Shown: positions 20,240 to 34,027 of the stretch, in pieces
Layout of the letters: every line of letters begins with the position of its first letter
Numbering within the stretch: the stretch's first letter is position 1
Notes under the pieces: model-generated
Seen by the model: only the letters and a program-made list of their open reading frames with translations
The model's database searches: none
What the model was told of the DNA's origin: nothing
Position numbers and translations under genes: made by a program
Source of the DNA: Mobula hypostoma
Taxonomy: Eukaryota
DNA: 64,000 nt
Direction of reading: 5' to 3'
Assembly: GCF_963921235.1 (NCBI RefSeq)
Contig: NC_086109.1
Span: 21,330,001 to 21,394,000, forward strand

Positions 20240-23200
20240 CCACCTATTGAGCATCACTGAGTCACAGCTGCAAGAAGGCCATAATGGGGGACTTAACGTC
20301 AAAGGATATACTTTGTATTGAAAGGACAGGTAGGAAGGTATAGGGGATGGTGTAAGTCTGTTGGTGAGAGATGAAATTACATCTTTAGAAAGGGGTGACA
20401 TAGGGTCAGAGAATGCTGAATCTTCGTGGGTGGAGTTAAGAAACTGCCAGAGTAAAAACACCGTTATGGGAATCATATAGAGGCCTCCAAATAGTAGCCA
20501 AGATGTGGCATTGAAGTTGCAAAGGGAGCTGGAAGAAGCATGTAATGGGGGACTTCGGTATGCAAGGGGATTGGGAAAATTAGGTTGGTGTTGGATCGCA
20601 AGAGAGGGAATTTGTTGAATGCATACAAGATGGCTTTTTAGAGCAGCTTCTGCTTGAGTCTACTCGGGGAAAGGTTACCTTAGAATGGGTGTTGTATAAT
20701 ACCTAGATCTTATTAGGGAGCTTAATATAAAGGAACCCTTAGGAGGCAGTGATCATAGTATGATTGAACTTATGCTAAAATTTGAGAGGGAGAAGCATAA
20801 GTCACATGTATCAGTATCGGAATGGAATAAAAGGAATTATAGAGGCATGAGAGAGGAGCTTGCCAAGGTAGATTGGAAGAGGATACTGGCAGGGATGATG
20901 GCAGAGTAGAGATGGCTGAAGTTTCTGGGAATAGTTCACAAGGTGCAGGATAGATATGTCCCATAGAATAAGTTGTTCTCAAATAGCAGGGAAGGCAACT
21001 GTAGCTGACAAGGGAAGTTAAAGACTGCATAAAAAGCAAGGAAAGGGCATTTCAGTTAGCAAAAGTGAGTGGGAAGTTGGATGATTAGGAAGCTTTAAAA
21101 ATCCAACAAAAGGCATCTAAAAAAAGCTATAAGAAAGGAAAAAATTAAATCCAAGATGGTGGCACGATGCAATGCACAGCGGCCACTCCGGTGAATGATA
21201 TCTGTTATCTATCAAGTAGGGTGCCGTGCACAATTCTGATTTGATGGAGACAGATGTGAGAGCACGGAGGAAGATCTGGTGAAACTTCTGAAATGCTTGT
21301 TTTGCTGCTGCTGCTACTGTGTGATCCAGAATCTCCGGAGGGGAAGGCCCTGAGTCCTCAGCTTTGCTTGTTGCTCGGCGGTCGGGGTGGGGTCGAAGCG
21401 CTTGGCAGAGATGGTGCTCGGTGATGGAGGGCTGATCGGAGGCTCGAAGTTTACGGACGGACTCAGAGTCGGCTGTGGTCGGGTGCTTCCAATGGCGCTA
21501 AATCAGCAAGTTTGCGGCACTGGAGGTTCATGGCAGGGAGAGCTCCTCTCTTCTACCGTCTGCGTGAGATGACGGGGCAATCGGGACTTGAGACTTTTTT
21601 TTACCATGCCCATGGTCTGCTTTTTATCAAATTACGGTATTGCTTTGCTCTGTTGTAACTATATGTTATAATTATATGGTTTTGTCAGTTTTAGTCTTGG
21701 TTTGTCCTATGTTTCTGTGATATCTCTCTGGAGGAACATTGTATCATTTTTTAATGCATGCATTTCTAAATGACAATAAACGAGGACTGAGTGTCCTGAT
21801 AATCTAATCTAATCTCATCTAAATATGAGGGCAAACTAGCTGTTAATATAAAGCAGGATACTAAAAGTAATTTCAGTTATATAAGGAGTAAAAGGGAGGT
21901 GAGAGTTGATATTAGACCATTGGTGACGCAGTAATGGGGGTCAAAGACATGGCAGATGAATGTAATGGATACCTTGCATCAGTCTTCACTGTGGAAGACA
22001 CTAGCAATGTGCCAGAGGTCCGTGAGTGTCAGGGAGCAGGAGTGAATGCCATTGCTATTACGAATGAAAAACTGCAAGGCAAACTCAAAGATCTTAAGGT
22101 GGATAAGCCACTTGGACCAGATGGACCACATCTCAGAGTCCTGAGAGAGGTTGCTGAAGAGATAACAGATACATTGGTCATGATCTTTCAAGAATCACAT
22201 GATTCTGGCATGGACCCGGAGAACTGAAATATTGCAAATGTCACTCCACTCTTTAAGAGGAGGCGGCAAAAGAAAGGAAATTATGGGCCAGTTAGCCTAA
22301 CCTCAGTGGTTGGAAAAATGCTGGAGTCTATTATTAAGGATGAGGATTTGGCGTACTTGGAGACTAATGATAAAATAAGTCAAAGTCAGCATGATTTCTG
22401 TAAAGGGAAATCTTGTCTGACAAATCTGTTGGAGTTCTTCGAGGAAGTAACGAGCAAGGTGGACAAAGGAGAGGAGGTGGATGCAATTTATTGGATTTGC
22501 AGAAAGCATTTGATAAGGTGCCACACATGAAGCTGCTTAACAAAATATGTTGTTACAAGAAAGATACTAGCATAGATAGAGGAATGGTTGACAGGCAGGA
22601 AGCAGCGAATGGGAATAAAGGGGGCCTTTTCCGGTTGGCTGTTGGTGACTAGTGGTGTTACTCAGGGATCAGTATTGCAGCTGCTACTTTTTGCATTGTT
22701 TGTCAATGATTTGGATAATGCAATTGATAGCTTTGTGGCAAAGTTTGCAGATGATGCAAAGACAGGTGGAGGGTAGGTAGTGCTGAGGAAGTAAAGTGAT
22801 TGCAGCAGGACATGGACAAATTGGAAGAATGGGCAAAAAAGTGGCAGATGGAATACAGTGTTGGGAAATGTATGATGATGCATTTTGGTTAAAGGAACAA
22901 TAGCGCAGACTATTATCTAAATGGGGAGAAGTTTCAAACATCCGAAGTGCAGAGGGACTTAGGAGTCCTCGTTCTAGACTCCCAGAAGGTTAATTTACAG
23001 GTTGAGTCTGTGGTAAAGAAGGCAAATGCAATGTTGACATTTATTTCAAGGGGAATGGAATATAAAAGCAAGGAGATAATGCTGAGCCTTTATAAGACAC
23101 TCGTCAGGCCGCACTAGGAGTATTGTCAGCAGTTTTGGGCCCCATATCTCAGAAAGGATGTATTGTCATTGGAGAGGGTCCAGAGGAGGTTCACGAGGAT

Positions 23201-23660
23201 GATTCCAGGAATGAAGGGGTTTACATTTGAGCCTGTACTCACTTGAAATTTGAAGAATGCAGGGGGATCTCTTTGAAACCTACCAAATGTTGAAAGGACA
23301 AGATAGGGTGGATGTGGAGAGGATCTTTCCTATGGTGGGGGTATCCAGAATTAGAGGGCACAGCCTCAAAATTGAGGGGCAAGCTTTTTGAACAGAGGCA
23401 AGGAGGAATTTTTTTAACCAGTGAGTAATGGATCAGTGGAATACTCCGCCGTAGATTGTGGTGGAGGCCAAGTCTGTGGGTATATTTGAGGCTGAAATTG
23501 ATAGTTTCTGATCAGTCAGGGTATCAAAGGATATGGCGAGAAGGCAGGTGTTTGGGGTTGACTGGGATCCGGGATCAGCCATGATGGAATGGCGGAGCAG
23601 ACTTGATGCGCTGAATGGCCTAATTTTGCTCCTAAGTCTTATGGTCTTATGGTCTTATTG
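20240..23660 (+). mobile_element. Degenerate CR1 LINE ORF2, interrupted by 21151-21820
   Basis: Endonuclease (YRPPNSS) and RT fragments (PLGPDG, KGKSCLTNLLEFFE, GVTQGSVL, KFADD); (cttatggt)n tail. Confidence 0.9.
21151..21820 (+). mobile_element. Non-coding retroposon, family B, nested in CR1
   Basis: Starts CCAAGATGG, ends aataaa..(taatc)n; CR1 sequence resumes on both sides with duplicated taaat. Confidence 0.7.
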
Positions 23661-24737
23661 TTCCCTCATTTTCACTTTGTATCATTTGTATTTACTCTTT
23701 TAGTTCTGTACCATCTTACTCTGTACATGCATTGTGATGATGATTGGCTTCCTGTTCTGTCACTGGGTGATGGTCAAGTTGGACTTCACTGGGAAGAGGA
23801 GCAACGGGGTTAAGGGAGTTGGTGGAAATTGTGGGGAATGGTCTGAGGACATGGATGACAGAGCCCTGGGGAGACAGGTGTGAGGGCGAGAAAATAAAGG
23901 AAAGAAGGAAGGAGGAGGTTCTACCAACTCATTTAATTAATCTACTTCTTAGCCTTGAAATTTCAAATAGATTTCATTTTTTTCCTTGCTTACAACATGA
24001 TAGCAGAGTTTTAGTAATATCTCACAATGTAGTTTTTTGCAGCATTTCAGTCACCTTTAAAATTCACCCTTATTTTGTAGTCCAATTAGGTCTGAAGTAT
24101 GACATTTCCATTACATTTAATGTGTCGCCAATTTCTGAAGAACTGCAGGCTAATCTGATGGAGCCTTACTGGAATAGTACTTCCGATGCAAGACTCTTCC
24201 TAAGTCTTATAGCTGCCCAGTTAAATACTGGACTTTGCCTCCCAACCATCTGAAAATCATCCGAGAACAACCTGCCAATGTCAGGTGATACGTTCCAGGA
24301 TAAAATCACATCATCATTTTTATTTTTATCTTATGGTTTTTTTTTGTTGATCAACCAGCATGGGGATTCAGGGAAGTAAATGTTTTATGGACTTCAAGTC
24401 GTCATATTGACTTGCGTGCTTGCAATCAATTGTTGCCTGCATATTCGTTAGACCCACTGTAGTGTTATCCTCAGAGTATTGGATTGAGCACAGAACTATT
24501 TGTGCAAACATAGATACAGAGTAGGGTTGCTTGTGTATACTGTAGCTCAATACTGTGCAATATCTTCTCTGCAATATTTGTCAAGAACAGTACTGTGCAT
24601 GGAAATAGATGTATGTAGTGTAGTTCTAACTTTTGATAGATTAATAGAATAATTGAGCATGGAAACAGGCTTAGCCATTGAAAGAAGTATGCTTATTTAT
24701 TGGAGAAAGAGATATTTTATTAAACCAATAAAAGGGG

Positions 24738-25315
24738 CCCTGCAAGAGGACCACAACCTTGTCGTGGTTTGGAGGCTCGTGTGCCTCAATGAACCGGAGA
24801 GCTATGTTGGCTGGAGTCAGGGCTTTATGCTTTGGCTCTTGGTAGAGTCACCCATGCCAAACAGATCAAAGAGTAGAGAACAGACTAAGAGTGGTCCACA
24901 GGTCCAACAGGTTCAGGGTTTCAGATCAGATTTAACAGTCATGACTGGTAAAACAGAATTCTTACAGAAACAGCAATGAAAGATCCTTCTATATCTGAGA
25001 GCGACTGTATTTACGAGTTTCCGCCCAGGACACGCATGACTGACAGTAGTGAAAGCCAAGCTACTGACATGATAAAGTTAGATAGAGCTCTTAATGATAG
25101 TGGAGTCAAGGGATATGGAAAGAAGGCAGCAACGGGGTACTGATTGTGGATGATCAGCCATGATCACAGTGAATGGTGGTGCTGGCTCGAAGGGCCGAAT
25201 GGCCTATTCCTGCACCTATTGTCTATTGTCTATTGTCTAAAGGAAGCCCTGAACTCCACCAGAGATGGAGAATCCTCATTACGGCCCTACATGCCAGTGG
25301 TGTAACAGGCAGAGA
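24738..25315 (+). mobile_element. RTE/Expander-like non-autonomous element with nested CR1 3' tail (25078-25238)
   Basis: accttgtcgtggtttggagg..tgcctcaatga.ccggagagctatg resembles RTE-clade 5' ends; nested (tattgtc)n CR1 tail. Confidence 0.55.
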
Positions 25316-25439
25316 ATAGAAGGGGATGGGTTATTTTATAAGCATAATCCATAAGGATAAGACAGGCTGGACTTGGATTCATGGGAGCCAAAAGTGGGAG
25401 ATGAAATGATTTAAATAATAGGATCCTGAAGGATCTTGG

Positions 25440-27958
25440 CCACAGAGAGATATCTCTCTGTGGTGCTCACTCACAGCAGTCTTGGTCTTGTTGCACTCTT
25501 GTTCCCCCAACCTGGAACATCTAATGGTTAAATGCTGACAATTCTACTTACCAAGAGAGTCCTCCTCCGTGATCTTGACCACAGTTTGCATACCGCCAAA
25601 AGCTGACATTAACCAGGCACTCAAGATATTGAATGCTGCCATCACCAACTGCCCACCCTAATGCATTTCAAATTACAGTCAGGGACTTCAATCAGGCTTG
25701 CTTGAAGAAATCTCTGACAAATTATCATCAGCATATAACCTGCAGCATCAGGGGTCCAACACACTCGACCACTGCTATGTCACAGTTAGGAATGCCTAAC
25801 ATTCCATGCACGGATCGCATTTCGGGAAATATGATCACTTGGCTGTCCTTCTTCAAGCTGCAGAGAGGAAGAGGCTAAAGAGTAATTCTCCAGAGATAAG
25901 AGCACCAAAGGGGTGGTCACGGGAGGCAGAGGATTGGCTATGTGATCGCTTCAAGTCGGTGGACTGGGTCATGTTCAATGACTCATCAAACGATCCACCT
26001 CGGGAGTCATGGACTTTATTAAAACAGTAGTAATTCAGAGTCTTCTCCAACCAGAAGCCCTGGATGAACCATGAGATCCACAATTTGCTGAGGGCCACAT
26101 CAAAGGCACTTAGGACTAGCAACCAAATAAAATATAAGAAATCTAAGTACAATCTTTGGAAAGCAATCTCTTGTGTGAAGTGACAATTCTGGACCAAACT
26201 TGAGTCATTAGGGGATGCTTGACAGCATGGGTGAAAGCTATAAATCTTACAAAGTGAAACCAAGGGACATAGGTAACAATTAAGCTTTGCTCCAAGATGA
26301 GCTCAGTGCTTTCTATGCTCACTTTGACTGTCAAAACATGGAGGAACCTTCACAAACTTCCATAGCCCCTAGTGACCCTGTGATTTCAGTCTCTGAGGCC
26401 GATGGGAAAGCATCCTTTAGGAGGATGAATCCAAGGAAAGCATCGGGCCCAACTGGGGTACCTGGCTGAGTACAAAAGTCATGTACCGATCAACTGGATG
26501 GAGTGTTCACCCATATTTTCACTATCTAGCTGCAACAATCTGAGGTACCCAGCTGCTTCAAGCAGTTTTCAATTGTACCAGTGCCTCAGAAGAACATGGT
26601 AACCTGTCCTAATGACTATTGTCCAGTAGCGCTTAGTACACCCACAGTGATGAAGTGCTTTGAGACTTTGGTGATGAAACATATCAACTCCTGCCTGAGA
26701 AGCGACTTGCATCCACTCCAATTTTCCGACTGGCACAACGGGTCCACAGCAGATGCCATTTCATTGGTTCTTCAATCAACCCTGGATATCAGCCTCCATA
26801 CCTCTTTGTGTAATTGGATCCTCGATTTCCTCACTTGCAGACTCCTGCCATTTCAGATTGGCAACAACATTTCCTCCACCATCTCCATCAGCACAGGTGC
26901 ACCACAAGGCTGTGTGCTTAGACCCCTGCTCTACTCGCTTTATATGTCTGTGAGGCTAAGCACAGCTTCAATGGCATATTTAAGTTTGCTGATGACCCCA
27001 TTAACGTTGGCCAGATCAAAGGTGGCGATGAAACAGCATATAGGAGGGAGATTGAAAATCTGGCTGAACGTTGCCACGACAATAACCTTTCACTCAATGT
27101 CACCAAGTCCAAGGAGGTGGTTATTGACTACAGGCGAGGAAACCGGAAGTCCATGAACCAGATCTCATCAGGGGATCAGAGGTGGAGAGGTTCAGCAACT
27201 TTAAGTTCTTTGGTGTTTTCATTTCAGAGGATATGTACTGGGTCCAGCACGTAAGTTCAATTACAAAGAAAGCCTCTACTTCCTTAGAAGTTTGCGAAAA
27301 TTTGGCAAGTCAGCTAGAACTTTGACGAACTTCTATAGGTGTGTGGTGGAGAGTATAATGACTGGCTGCATCACAGCCTGGAATGGAAACACCAATGCCC
27401 TTGAATGGAAAGACCTATGAAAAGTAACAGATAGGGCCAAGTCCATCACAGTTAAAGCTCTCCACACCACTGAGCACACCTTCAGGGCACACCATCAGGA
27501 AAGCAGCATCCATCATCTAGGACCCCTGTCTCCCAGGCCATGCTCTCTTCTCACTGCTGCCATCAGGAAGGTACAGGATCCTTAACACTCACACCACTAT
27601 GTTCAGGAACGGTTATCACCCCTCAACCATCAGGTTGTTGAACCAGAGTGGATAACTTCACTTTCCCCATCACTGAACTGTTCCCACAACTGATGAACTC
27701 ATTTTCAGGGACTCTTCATCTCATGTTCTTGATATTTATTGCTCATTTATTTATTATTATTACTACTTTCCTTTCATATTTGCACAGGTTATTGTCCTTG
27801 CGCACTGGTTGTTTGTCTGTCCTGTTGGATGCAGTCTTTTGTTGATTCTATTGTGTTTTTTTAAAATTTACTGCATATACCTGTAAAAAAAACAAATCTC
27901 AGTGTTTTATATGGTGACATACATGCCCTTTGGTAATAAATTTACTTTGAACTTTGAC
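25440..27958 (+). mobile_element. Degenerate Rex1/Babar LINE ORF2
   Basis: [49 protein letters not shown]; actttgaactttga tail. Confidence 0.88.
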
Positions 27959-29079
27959 CATGAAGATATCGAGAAGCTGTTTCCTCTTGCAAAAATAAAT
28001 CAGGAACTCGGAGTTGCTGTTTAAAATATAGGATTATTTTGGATAAAAATTAGGTTAATTTCTTTTTCTGAAGGTGCTATGAGTCTTTCAAAATTTCTTC
28101 CTTAAAGGGTGCTGGGACACAGAGTCTTTGAATATGTTTAATGCATGGGATCGGTTCTTGATTAGCAAAGGGATTGACAGAGTTTCCTGGGTAGAGGGGA
28201 ATGTAGAACTGAAGTTACAATCAGATCAGCCGTTATCTTAATACATGGCAGAGTAGAGTCCTGCTAAATTAAGTACTAATGCATGCACGCATATTCATTA
28301 CTAACCCATCAACTCTGAAGGCAAGTTATACTGGCAGATGGTATGATTTTGACTAAAAAATGGCCAAAGTTTTAGGTTGAAAGAAATATCTTAAACAAAA
28401 AGAGACCAAAGGAGAGTGTGAAGGTGAGATATTGCAAACGTTAAAAATGTTCAAATATTTATCCTAGAGGGAGAGCAAAGGAGAATTTGAGAGTGTGATA
28501 AAGCATGTTTAAAAAAAGTTCAAAATTTCTTTAATGTAAAAAATTACTTTCATAGGGTTGCAGTTTACAACCATTGAGCTTTTGGATATTGTGCTGACTG
28601 TGTGTTTACTGGTTGGATATTTTAATCTACAGTATACCTTCATACACTTGTAATCTCTGCTGACCTAAAGAGATGACTTTTGATGGTAGACAAGATTGTG
28701 AGAAAGGTCATTACCCAAAAGTGGCTGCTGATGAAAGAGCAAATATGAAAGGCTTTTACCCCGGAAGATTTTATTCAGATGGATAAATTCTGATAAATGG
28801 CTTTGTCTATTGTGCTCCAAAGGGCTGATATTCCTCTGTAACACTGGAATCACCTTTAAACAATACTGTTTGATTATCTGATTATCCAAAGAGATTTTCT
28901 CTGCTGACATATGGCCTTTAGGTACTGTAAATATAATGCAAATGCACAAAGAAAATATTTTAAACAAGTAGACTTGATATCTTGAGTTTAAAAAAACTCA
29001 GGTAAAATAAATCATGTTTGTTAATAGGTTATTAATCTACTCACTGTAGAATCTCTTCTATTCCAATGCTTGTTTTAAA

Positions 29080-29200
29080 CACAAGAGACTCTGCAGATGC
29101 TGGAAATCTGGAGGAACACACATAAAATGCTGGAGGAGCTCAGCAGGTCAGGCAGTAATAAAGAGCCGACATTTCTTGCTGAGCACCTTCATCAGGACAA
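29080..29200 (-). mobile_element. Penelope pLTR fragment
   Basis: ctgcagatgctggaaatc..ctcagcaggtcaggcag..ccttcatcaggac. Confidence 0.65.
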
Positions 29201-29339
29201 ATCATTGATTTCACCAGTGTTTGTATAAAACCAGGATTCATTTATTTATGAGTTTGATTTTATATCCCTGCTGAATCTTCTTCTCTAACTCTTGCACAAA
29301 AAAAGTTCAAACCCAACTTCAGACATAATCCACATTGAA

Positions 29340-29560
29340 CCTATTCAGTGAAGAGGGAGCCATGCACTGTCAGAAGTGATGCTATTCAAATGAACTCAAT
29401 CTGATCTCCCAGATGGATATAAGGAATCATATGACATTATTTTGAAAAATTAAAGGCAGTCCTTCCCCAGTGTTCTGGCTAACATCTACCTTCTAACCAT
29501 GAGTTATTCCTATATGAGTTGTCTGGGAGCAAGATGGCTGCCATGTTCTCAAATTAAAAT
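29340..29560 (+). mobile_element. Ancient Deu-domain/LF-SINE-like SINE
   Basis: gagggag..gcactgtc.gaagtg..cagatggatataa.ga.tc.atg.cattattttgaa...ccccagtgttctggctaa..aagatggctgcc.tgtt matches my recollection of the consensus layout. Confidence 0.55.
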
Positions 29561-30304
29561 AGGGCCCACATCTACCAAACACTTCTTGATTCTGAAATCT
29601 GGTACATCAGCTGTAAACTGACAGGCTAATTAAGTGACAAATGGCCAGGATAACAAGCATGATGTACCAATTTTCATTTGCTCAATTAGAGACATTCCCC
29701 TTCATCATAAGGTCAGAAGTGAGAATGTTCACAGATGAATTCACGATTTTCCATTCCATTTGCTAGCATCCCATGATAAAATTGTCTCTGCCCATCACGT
29801 AGCAAGATGAGTTTACATTGAAGCATGAACTTAATGAAGTGGCACACTTGTCAGACAAGGATACAGAAGAAGGTTCTTTGCCAGGACTCTAAACCCATGA
29901 GCTCTACCATTTAAAACAATGCTTACACAATAATTTTCAATGCAAGCCTCACCTATTAATGCTTGGCAAACTAACCTCCCCACCATAAATGGCTGATGAT
30001 GATATTATGGATCACTCTGCTTAAGGACTTGAGACTAACTTGGAGTTTCTGAGACACTGCACGTGTTGGAGCAGATAGCATGCTGAGTATAAATTAATTC
30101 TTTTTCATGAACCATGCCACTTGCTGCTGGGAACAAGAAAATTTAAATATCTGTCTTGTAAATTCCTAAAATCTGCCTCTCAAGCATAACTCTGCAAGAT
30201 ATTTGTATGCAAATGAAAAACTTGCACATAAAATTATTTATATAATAGATATTGAATGAGAATGAATTAATAAGTATTTGTAATTGGTAATTGGTTATTG
30301 TCAC

Positions 30305-31300
30305 ACCAGAATCAGGTTTAATATCACTGGCATATATATCATGAAATTTGTTGTCTTTGCGGCAACAGTACAATGCAATACTTAAAAATAGGAAAAAACT
30401 GTGAATTACAGTAAGAATATATACATTAAATAGTTAAATTAAGTGATTAGCACAAAAAGAGAAATTTTAAGAAGTGGTGAGTTAGCGTTCGTGAGTTCAA
30501 TGTCCATTCAGAAATCAGATGGTAGAGGGGAAGAAGCTGTTCCTGATTTGTTGACTGTGTGCCTTCAGGCTTCTGTACCTCCTCCTTGATGATAGCAATG
30601 AGAAGAGGGCACGTCCTGAGTGGTAGGGATCCTTAATGATGGATGCCACCTTTCTCAGGTACCGCTCGTTGAAGTTGGCCTGAATACTGCGGAGGCTAGT
30701 GCCCACGAAGGAGCTGACTAAAGGCTGATTTATACTTGTGCATACGGGCTGCACCATAGCCTATGCCATAGGCCTGATTTATACTTCTGCGTAGCCCTAC
30801 GCCGTAGCGAGCATGCGTAGTTGTGTCTGCGTCGCTCTGCAATTCACCGCCAAAATGCTAGTTGGCGGTGGGGTTTCTATGCCACTGTGTTGAGTTTCTT
30901 TGTGAGAGACATGGATGAGGAAATGTATTTCAAATATTTTCGGATGTCGGCAGGTAGATTTGACGATTTGGTTCGTCGTCTCCAACCATTTATTTCGCAT
31001 CAGTGTACAGACATGTCAGAGAAAAGCAACCAGAAATGCGACGGAGGAAATGTGATGCTACCAAGTGGACCAGTCATAGTTGTTGCTGTCTGCGTCGCCG
31101 CGATGCGTGAGTTACATTTTTGTGAAGGTGCACGTCACCCTACAGTGTAGGGTACGCGGTCCCTACGGCGTACATTTGACGCTTAACTATAAATTGGGCT
31201 TAAGTTTACAACTCTCTGCAACTTATTTCGATCCTGTGCAGCAGCACCCCCGCCCCCATACTAGACGGTGATGCAACCAGTTAGAATGCTCTGTAGAAAT
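30305..31300 (-). mobile_element. Rex1/Babar LINE 3' end, interrupted by a Harbinger element
   Basis: LRKVASIIKDPYHSGRALFSLL..RYRSLKAH..RNSFFPSTI. Confidence 0.8.
30722..31200 (+). mobile_element. PIF/Harbinger internally deleted transposon
   Basis: TAA TSD (30719-30721, 31201-31203); imperfect TIRs AGGCTGATTTATACTT / AACTATAAATTGGGCT; remnant [23 protein letters not shown] resembles the Harbinger transposase N-terminus. Confidence 0.8.
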
Positions 31301-32629
31301 TTGTGGTCGTTCACATGTACTGGGATACAGTGAAAAAAATTATTTTACACGCCATCCCCACAGATTATTTCACAACAGTACACTGAGGTAGTACAAGGGT
31401 AAAGCAGTAACAGAATGGAGGATGTAGTGTTAAAGATACAAAGAAAAGTGCGGTGCAACAGATCGTAAGGTGCCAGGTCATGAGGAGGAGGATTGTGAGG
31501 TCAAGAGTACATCTTATCATACAAGCGGTCCATTCAATGGTTTTTTAACAATAGGATAGAAGATGTTCTTGAACCTGCTGGTTTTCAGGCATTTGTACCT
31601 TCTGCCTGATAGAAAGGGCATATTTTCATGCAAGTGAAGTTGGCTTTTAATCTGTTGTCTGCCATAACAGAATAAAGAGTTGTTCTTCTAAGAAGCAAAA
31701 AATTGGTTCAGGGAGATTCAATAGAGAAGCACAAAATCTTGAAGGGTTTGATCAAGCAATTAATGAGAATCTACACATGAGAGGCAATAGGGGCAGAGAT
31801 CAAAACTGCAAAAGAACTAGTGTGCAGTTGAGGCACGATTTCTCCGGCTGTCCTGGTTTCACCCACATTCCAAAGATGTAAAGGTTAGTCAGTTAATTGA
31901 TCATTTGGGTATATTAAGATACCCAACAATTTGTTGGCAACAATTTCTTCTGTCTTATTGGGATGCACTATTTAAAAGTTGGTGTGGTGGATTCAATAAT
32001 ACCATTCAAAAGGAAATCCAATAAATATTTGAGATGGAAAACTTTGCAAGATTATGAAGAAACACCAGGCAGGAAAATCTAATTGTTTCAAAGTTCCAGC
32101 AGAAGAGACTAATGGTCTTGTATTAATCCATGATTCTAGTTTATGTCTTCCATATCTCAATTAGAAAATGAAATAACTTCACAAAATTGTAGTTTTCCTT
32201 TCCAAAAAACATCATAATATTATAAAACTGAAGAATCATCTCAAACCCTTGGATTACTCTGTTCTTCTGTCCAATATTGATGGTTACTTTTCAGGGGTCT
32301 CCTTTCTTTGGCCTATCTTGTGGTTACTCATGTAGACATCGTGTTGCCAACTTGAGCTGAAGTTGTACATTTGTAAATGTCTTTCTGTATTTTGATGGGA
32401 TTCTTCTCTTTATTAAAAACACACCCATTTTGACATGTTTGCAAATTTTGAAAATGTGCTCCCACCCAGTTCTGTCCCAATTATTCATATAAATGTAACA
32501 ACAATGTTTCTAAACTTTTCCCCCACTTATAAATATGACCATTCATCTTTAACCTTTCTTCCATTACAGGCTACTTCTTAGCTTGGTGGATAATCACACA
32601 AAGTCTAATCAATTCAAAATAGTGGGAGT

Positions 32630-32830
32630 GGCAGAGTAACATACTGTAGTAGTTAGCATGACACCAGTGAACCGGGTTCAATTCATGACGCTGTCTGTAA
32701 GGAGTTTGTACGTGCCACACGTGACTGCGTAGGTTTCCTCCAGGTGCTCTGGTTTCCAGATTCCAAAGATGTACGGGTTATTTGGTTAATTGATCGCACG
32801 GATGCGATAAAATGGCACGAGCCCATTGGG
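32630..32830 (+). mobile_element. V-SINE/HE1-like SINE
   Basis: gggttcaattc..ctgtctgtaaggagtttgtacgt..cgtgactgcgt.ggtttcctcc.ggtgctctggtttcc. Confidence 0.7.
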
Positions 32831-32904
32831 GGTATCTCGACACAAATTAAGTTGATGAAGCTAAGGATCAACAGTCAGAGCAATGACAGAGAGACTGATA
32901 CCAC

Positions 32905-33050
32905 AACAGGTTTCGATAGGTGCATTTAATGACAGAGAAATGTATACAATATACATTCTGAAAAAAGATGTTAGAAGTCTGTTGCGTCGTTTTTTCCGAG
33001 CTCTGTGCCCCGGAGATTCGGCACCAAAAAGGCACAGTTCTCTGGGCACT
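32905..33050 (-). mobile_element. Family A fragment (internally deleted)
   Basis: atttaatgacagagaaatgtatacaatatacat joined directly to the gtcgttttttccgagctctgtgccc internal part. Confidence 0.6.
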
Positions 33051-34027
33051 CAACTTTCCGGCAGCTAGTCCATTGTTCCCGATGCTCCGTGTTCTCCCAC
33101 AATGCTTCAGTCAGGGGCACCGTCCTAGAATCAGGTGGATAATGTGCGAGCAGACCTTTAGTTGGTGCAAACTTTGATTTATAATTGTCCCACCAGGGTA
33201 AACAGGAGAGAATGAAAGGGCCAGAGTGAGAGTTCAGCTCAAACATCATTTACTTAGCTTCAACTTCATAATCCTGCTGCTAAAATTTTAAGAGGGACAT
33301 AACTTATTTCTTCATTAACTGAGAATCATTTAAAGACTGACCATGGCAGAATCACTGCAGACCTTGCCAATAAGTAGAACAATAAGCAACGAGCAGCCTT
33401 CATCAATAGTGTTTGTACCCCATTAGTAACCCCTGTCAGGATCAATAATTCTCCTGGATTAGGTTTCTGCTACACACACAGTGTGGCCCAAGTCAATGGA
33501 AAGTTTAGAATGAAGCCATAGCTCAGATGTAACTGCTGGAGATCAGCAGAACAGTCAGTGAGCAGTCCAAACAAGAGCAGCAGAATTGTCACATTGAGCC
33601 TCTGGTTGTGGGGATGAGAGTGAGCGAGAGAGAATTAGCATCTTTATCCAGATTTCCTAGGGCTTTCACAGAATTAAATACCTCCTCTTGGAAACCACTG
33701 TGATCAAGTTGAGAGAGATCTGCTGGTACGCAGGAGTCTGTGCATATTAGGTTGAATTTAAACAAGCCCAGAGGATGGATTTGTAGGGATTGGATATGCA
33801 GGTCTCATGAATTTGAGAGGTTCACATCCTCTCATCCGAAGCTTACACTAGTGATGTATATGCACAGGGAAAATCTCTCTCCCCTTCTAGACTAGTGAAG
33901 TGGGGACAGGACAGATAGAGTGGCAGAAGGTCACAAACTGAAATGCAACATGAAAACAAGGCCTCCTACCACAACCCATGCTTCTTGGCTGCTAATTGGA
34001 AGCCAGGTCAAGATGGTGGGGTGAAGT

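Noticed and set aside
28665..28967. Possible host coding exon in unique sequence
   Set aside because: No recognisable protein in either orientation and no convincing splice-site pair.
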